Source: a virus
Lineage: Duplodnaviria; Caudoviricetes
Virus record (IMG/VR): IMGVR_UViG_3300030110_000658
Span: 1 to 26,940 of that record
DNA length: 26,940 bases
Direction: 5' to 3' (one strand)
Shown here: piece after piece, positions 23,902 through 26,940 of the stretch
Numbering within the stretch: position 1 is the first letter of the stretch
Layout: each line of letters opens with the position of its first letter
Made by a program: the position numbers and the translations under genes
Notes under the pieces: model-generated
The model's database searches: none
Seen by the model: the letters and a program-made list of their open reading frames with translations, nothing else
Told to the model about the DNA's origin: nothing

Positions 23902-23940
23902 AAAAAAATAGGAGGTCAGTAGTATTACCACTAGCCCCCT
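23902..23940 (-). terminator. Intrinsic terminator between head and tail genes
   Basis: Minus strand AGGGGGCTAGTGGT-AAT-ACTACTGACCTCCT forms a hairpin with GU pairs and one mismatch, followed by A and T7. Confidence 0.8.
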
Positions 23941-23964
23941 TGTAAATAAATAAGAAGACTTAAC

Positions 23965-24258
23965 CTATTTATTAGCTGCTTCAAGTTGTGAAATTAAAGT
24001 ATCTTTTGTTTGTCTTCTATCGAGTTCAATACCGATAGTACGACCATAAACTTCAAGTTCTGCTTTAGTCATCAATTCTAAATTAGTTGCCTTTACTTCA
24101 GCTTTAACAGGTGTAGTAGACGCTACAGGTGTCTGAGGTTCAGACCCACTAACTAATTCAAGATGCTTGCAAAATTCTCCGTTATACTCAAATTCTTCGT
24201 CAGGTTCTCGTAATGATTGACCAACGAAACACTTAATTTTAGCTTTGTAAATAGGCAT
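23965..24258 (-). CDS. Small protein with a C-terminal helix-extension-helix (Rho-N/SAP-like) motif, 97 aa
   Basis: Short beta-type N-terminal domain, Pro/Thr linker, then LELMTKAELEVYGRTIGIELDRRQTKDTLISQL. Confidence 0.75.
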   Translation of the reverse strand: MPIYKAKIKCFVGQSLREPDEEFEYNGEFCKHLELVSGSEPQTPVASTTPVKAEVKATNLELMTKAELEVYGRTIGIELDRRQTKDTLISQLEAANK

Positions 24259-24273
24259 AAGTCATTCTTAATT

Positions 24274-24705
24274 TTAAGCTACGGTAAAGCCAGAAGCATA
24301 GTACTTTCTACCGTCACCGATTGTTTCTACTATATCAGCAGTAACTTTACCAGCGTTAAAAGTACCAGCAATTGTGTATCTAGCACCAAGGTATCTTTGA
24401 CCTTTGCCAGCAATATCTGGGTTTAAACGTACTACTACGTTCTTACCAAGAGTAAGTGCTGCTGTAAGAACAGCATCGCTGCTGCCAATAACAGTAGGAC
24501 TAGACAAGTTAGCGTTTGCACTAGTAATAACTTCAAACTTTACGCTTGTACCGTTTGCTAATGCAGTAGTAACGGCAAAGTTCATGTATAAAGCAGTACC
24601 TTCACCTATGTCTCTAGCAACACTTAAATCAACAGTGTTTGTAGAAACAGCAGTTGTAGTTAATGCTTGATCTTCGCTCACTCTGAGCAGTGAATCTGTA
24701 ATCAT
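24274..24705 (-). CDS. Capsid cement/decoration protein (Bbp16-like)
   Basis: MITDSLLRVSEDQALT...STNTVDL...RDIGEG and RYLGARYT...AGKVTA motifs; directly after the capsid gene; AAAGGAG SD. Confidence 0.88.
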   Translation of the reverse strand: MITDSLLRVSEDQALTTTAVSTNTVDLSVARDIGEGTALYMNFAVTTALANGTSVKFEVITSANANLSSPTVIGSSDAVLTAALTLGKNVVVRLNPDIAGKGQRYLGARYTIAGTFNAGKVTADIVETIGDGRKYYASGFTVA

Positions 24706-24732
24706 TGTAAATCTCCTTTAATAATAAATGTG

Positions 24733-25752
24733 TTAACTTACCGCAGCTTCGGTATTAATTAGAGCATCTACTCTTCTTAAAGGAACACCTAAGAATGATA
24801 AGTAGCTTTGTGCTGATCCAAATTGTGTTAGACCTTCTTGGATTGCTAATACAGACTGTGATTTGTCCATTGCAGCAATAGATAAACCTGAGTGAACAGT
24901 TCTATTCATATAGAATGCCGCTCTTCCCATCGCCATGTTAGGAATTCTGTACAATGCTCTAGCCATAAGTTTTACAAGAGCAGTAGAAGCAGAAGAAGCC
25001 TGTGTGCCAGTACTTCCTAGAAGATCAGAAATGTCAACATTACAAATACGAACAACGTATCTCCAATCTTTAACAACTAAACCGTTTTTCCATTGGTAAC
25101 GAGTAGCAAATGCTTGTAGCCTTGTACCGTCACTGTTGTAAACAGTCTGTTCGCCTAGGTCTTCGTGTGTCAAACCTGCTTTAGATCCTTTAGGAAAAGG
25201 ACAATAAACAGTATTATCACCCCAAACTACTAGATATACAGAAGCATTATCAGAACCTGATCCACCTGCACTAAGAATGTTAACTGCGTTATCCGCTGAA
25301 AGATCACCGTATCTTGGTGCTAGACCTAGAAATTTTTTAGGATCTGTTCCGGGATTGCCGTAAAACATTGTTTCTGCCTGAGTCTGGTTCATTGCTTCCA
25401 AGAACGCAGTGTCTTCAGATAGACGGAATTGTGCAGTGTTACCATTTAACATTGCCAAGTCTTTATCAACTTCAGATCTTGCTTCTAGAATTCCACAAGC
25501 TTCATCAATCTGGGCTGTTGTTGACTTAGTTGATGGGATACCTTGGTTTAATGCTCTCCAGTAAACTCCGGGTAGTCCTGTTCTAATAACTACACGTTCT
25601 CCAGTAGGTAAGTTACCTTCTTTAAAAACGCAGTCATCTAGTATTTCGTTTGACTGTGATAACAGTTCTGCAACGATTGGAACTCTACCGTCTGGGTCAG
25701 ATCTTTTTGCCCAATCCGCTAGTGTTAAATTTGAATTTGAGAGAGTAGCCAT
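24733..25752 (-). CDS. Major capsid protein (BPP-1/epsilon15-type, HK97 fold)
   Basis: LTLADWAKR.DP...IVAELLSQSNEILDD, RTGLP...WR.LNQG, SEVDKDLA, DWRYVVRICNVD and FLGVPLRRVDAL...E..V; AAGGAG SD. Confidence 0.95.
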   Translation of the reverse strand: MATLSNSNLTLADWAKRSDPDGRVPIVAELLSQSNEILDDCVFKEGNLPTGERVVIRTGLPGVYWRALNQGIPSTKSTTAQIDEACGILEARSEVDKDLAMLNGNTAQFRLSEDTAFLEAMNQTQAETMFYGNPGTDPKKFLGLAPRYGDLSADNAVNILSAGGSGSDNASVYLVVWGDNTVYCPFPKGSKAGLTHEDLGEQTVYNSDGTRLQAFATRYQWKNGLVVKDWRYVVRICNVDISDLLGSTGTQASSASTALVKLMARALYRIPNMAMGRAAFYMNRTVHSGLSIAAMDKSQSVLAIQEGLTQFGSAQSYLSFLGVPLRRVDALINTEAAVS

Positions 25753-25763
25753 TAATTAACTCC

Positions 25764-26447
25764 TTATTTAGATTGCTGATTAGAATATAGTGCGTTTGCT
25801 ATGCCGTTAAAATCTTTTGGAACATTGGATTTACCAACAGCACCTTCAGAATTACCAACATAACTATCTTCACTAATTGCCTTACCTGCTCGGTACATAA
25901 ACCGAATTACTTCGGGGTGATTTCCCAAGCCTGTTTCTTGTAGCAGCGACTTTAAAGCATCAGTACCAAAAGTATCAAGCGATGCCTTTGCAACATCTAA
26001 GTTGTCAGTTAAACTTTCGCCACCAAATTCTTGATCTGATTTTGATTGGTTTGCCCATTCAACTTTTGTTTGCTCGATAACTTTGGCTTGTTTTGCCTGT
26101 ATTACAGGTGCAACTTTATCTAATACTTTTTGTGCAGCTTCTTGTGGCAGGTTTAGTTCTTTAGCGACATCACCGAATGCAGTTAAGACTTCGGGGTCGA
26201 GTTCATCTGGAGCGTCAGCTACTTTAGAATTAAACTCGTATTTCTCAGGTGCACCTTCTGGTGTTTCTGATTCGCTAGTTTCACTTTCAACAGTGGTTTC
26301 ATCCGAAACTTGTTGATTCTGTACACTTTCGGCTTGCTGCTCAGTGTCAGTAGTTGCTTCAGTTGATTGCTCAGTTGTTGCGTCTACTGGCTGTTGAGTG
26401 TCGCCTTCATTTGTTTGGTTGGCTTCCGTCATCAGCGTCTCTGACAT
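25764..26447 (-). CDS. Capsid scaffolding protein
   Basis: Acidic low-complexity N-terminus; APEKYEF, AKELNLPQEAAQK and TGLGNHPEVIRFM..AGKAISED motifs; directly before the capsid gene. Confidence 0.9.
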   Translation of the reverse strand: MSETLMTEANQTNEGDTQQPVDATTEQSTEATTDTEQQAESVQNQQVSDETTVESETSESETPEGAPEKYEFNSKVADAPDELDPEVLTAFGDVAKELNLPQEAAQKVLDKVAPVIQAKQAKVIEQTKVEWANQSKSDQEFGGESLTDNLDVAKASLDTFGTDALKSLLQETGLGNHPEVIRFMYRAGKAISEDSYVGNSEGAVGKSNVPKDFNGIANALYSNQQSK

Positions 26448-26751
26448 TTTTTTGTTCCTTTATCATTGTCGGATATAGTTCTGGGCAGAGAGAGTGAACC
26501 AAGTTCAGCAATTGCAAACCATAGTTTCTGTTACCTTCGCTAAATGACATTGCCATTGCGTTGGTGTTAAACGATGATCGAAATACACCTGCTTGCTCCA
26601 GAAGTCTCCAGACTAATCTGCGACCCCTCTTGCTGCTCATGAGCCACTTAATATCCGATTCCTCGTTCTGTCGGTCAATTTTTTCAACAAACTTTTTATT
26701 GTCTTTTGATTTTTGTTGACTTTTGAGATCGAGAGGATTGTATTCGCTCAT
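26407..26751 (-). CDS. Conserved head-module protein (Bbp19-like)
   Basis: DIKWLMSSKRGRRLVWRLLEQAGVFRSSF...SFSEGNRNYGL motif, which I recall between portal and scaffold genes in BPP-1-like phages; 41-nt overlap with the scaffold gene. Confidence 0.85.
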   Translation of the reverse strand: MSEYNPLDLKSQQKSKDNKKFVEKIDRQNEESDIKWLMSSKRGRRLVWRLLEQAGVFRSSFNTNAMAMSFSEGNRNYGLQLLNLVHSLCPELYPTMIKEQKNVRDADDGSQPNK

Positions 26752-26756
26752 GTTCT

Positions 26757-26790
26757 AATATATCTAGTTATTACTTGGTTACGGTCACAC
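26757..26790 (-). promoter_or_regulatory. Putative late promoter, copy 1: GTGTGACCGTAA-N16-TATATT, upstream of the head genes
   Basis: 12-mer at 26779-26790; TATATT at 26762-26757; ATG 5 nt further on. Confidence 0.8.
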
Positions 26791-26940
26791 CTAACCATAC
26801 AACTTTTTAGCCATTTCTTCTTTACTAGTTCTTTTTGCTTTCTTAAATGCTGCATCAGTTGGTGCACCTTTGCTACCTTTTTTACGCATACGTTCTCCAG
26901 AACCATCTTTAATTCTTTTACGTTTTGCGTGAATGTTTTC
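26791..26940 (-). CDS. 3' part of a small, highly basic protein (...ENIHAKRKRIKDGSGERMRKKGSKGAPTDAAFKKAKRTSKEEMAKKLYG)
   Basis: My translation gives 50 codons open from the window edge to TAG at 26793-26791. The NIHAKRKRI..GSGE.MRK.GSKGAPT motif is one I recall from small marine phage proteins. Confidence 0.8.
   Translation of the reverse strand, partial: ENIHAKRKRIKDGSGERMRKKGSKGAPTDAAFKKAKRTSKEEMAKKLYG

Overview
The window is a structural (late) gene block of a tailed phage. All credible genes are on the minus strand. The head and tail genes look like those of BPP-1/epsilon15-type podoviruses, and the fibre and downstream genes resemble low-GC marine phage genes, possibly cyanophage. Order in the direction of transcription: partial small basic protein, Bbp19-like protein, scaffold, major capsid protein, capsid cement protein, small HeH/Rho-N-like protein, terminator, tail adaptor, tail nozzle, three internal virion (ejection) proteins of 192, 865 and 2765 aa, a 1802-aa repeat-rich tail fibre, five small genes from two paralogous families, and four overlapping membrane or secreted protein genes. 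The strongest novel signal is a 130-codon gene with a perfect Shine-Dalgarno site, nested in the +1 frame over an ADP-ribosyltransferase-like domain of the giant ejection protein; it may be a built-in antitoxin. Other notable signals are a promoter-like motif GTGTGACCGTAA-N16-TAnnnT found three times and a second probable dual-coding region at 532-888. All family assignments come from motif recognition and gene order, not database searches, and all counts were made by hand.
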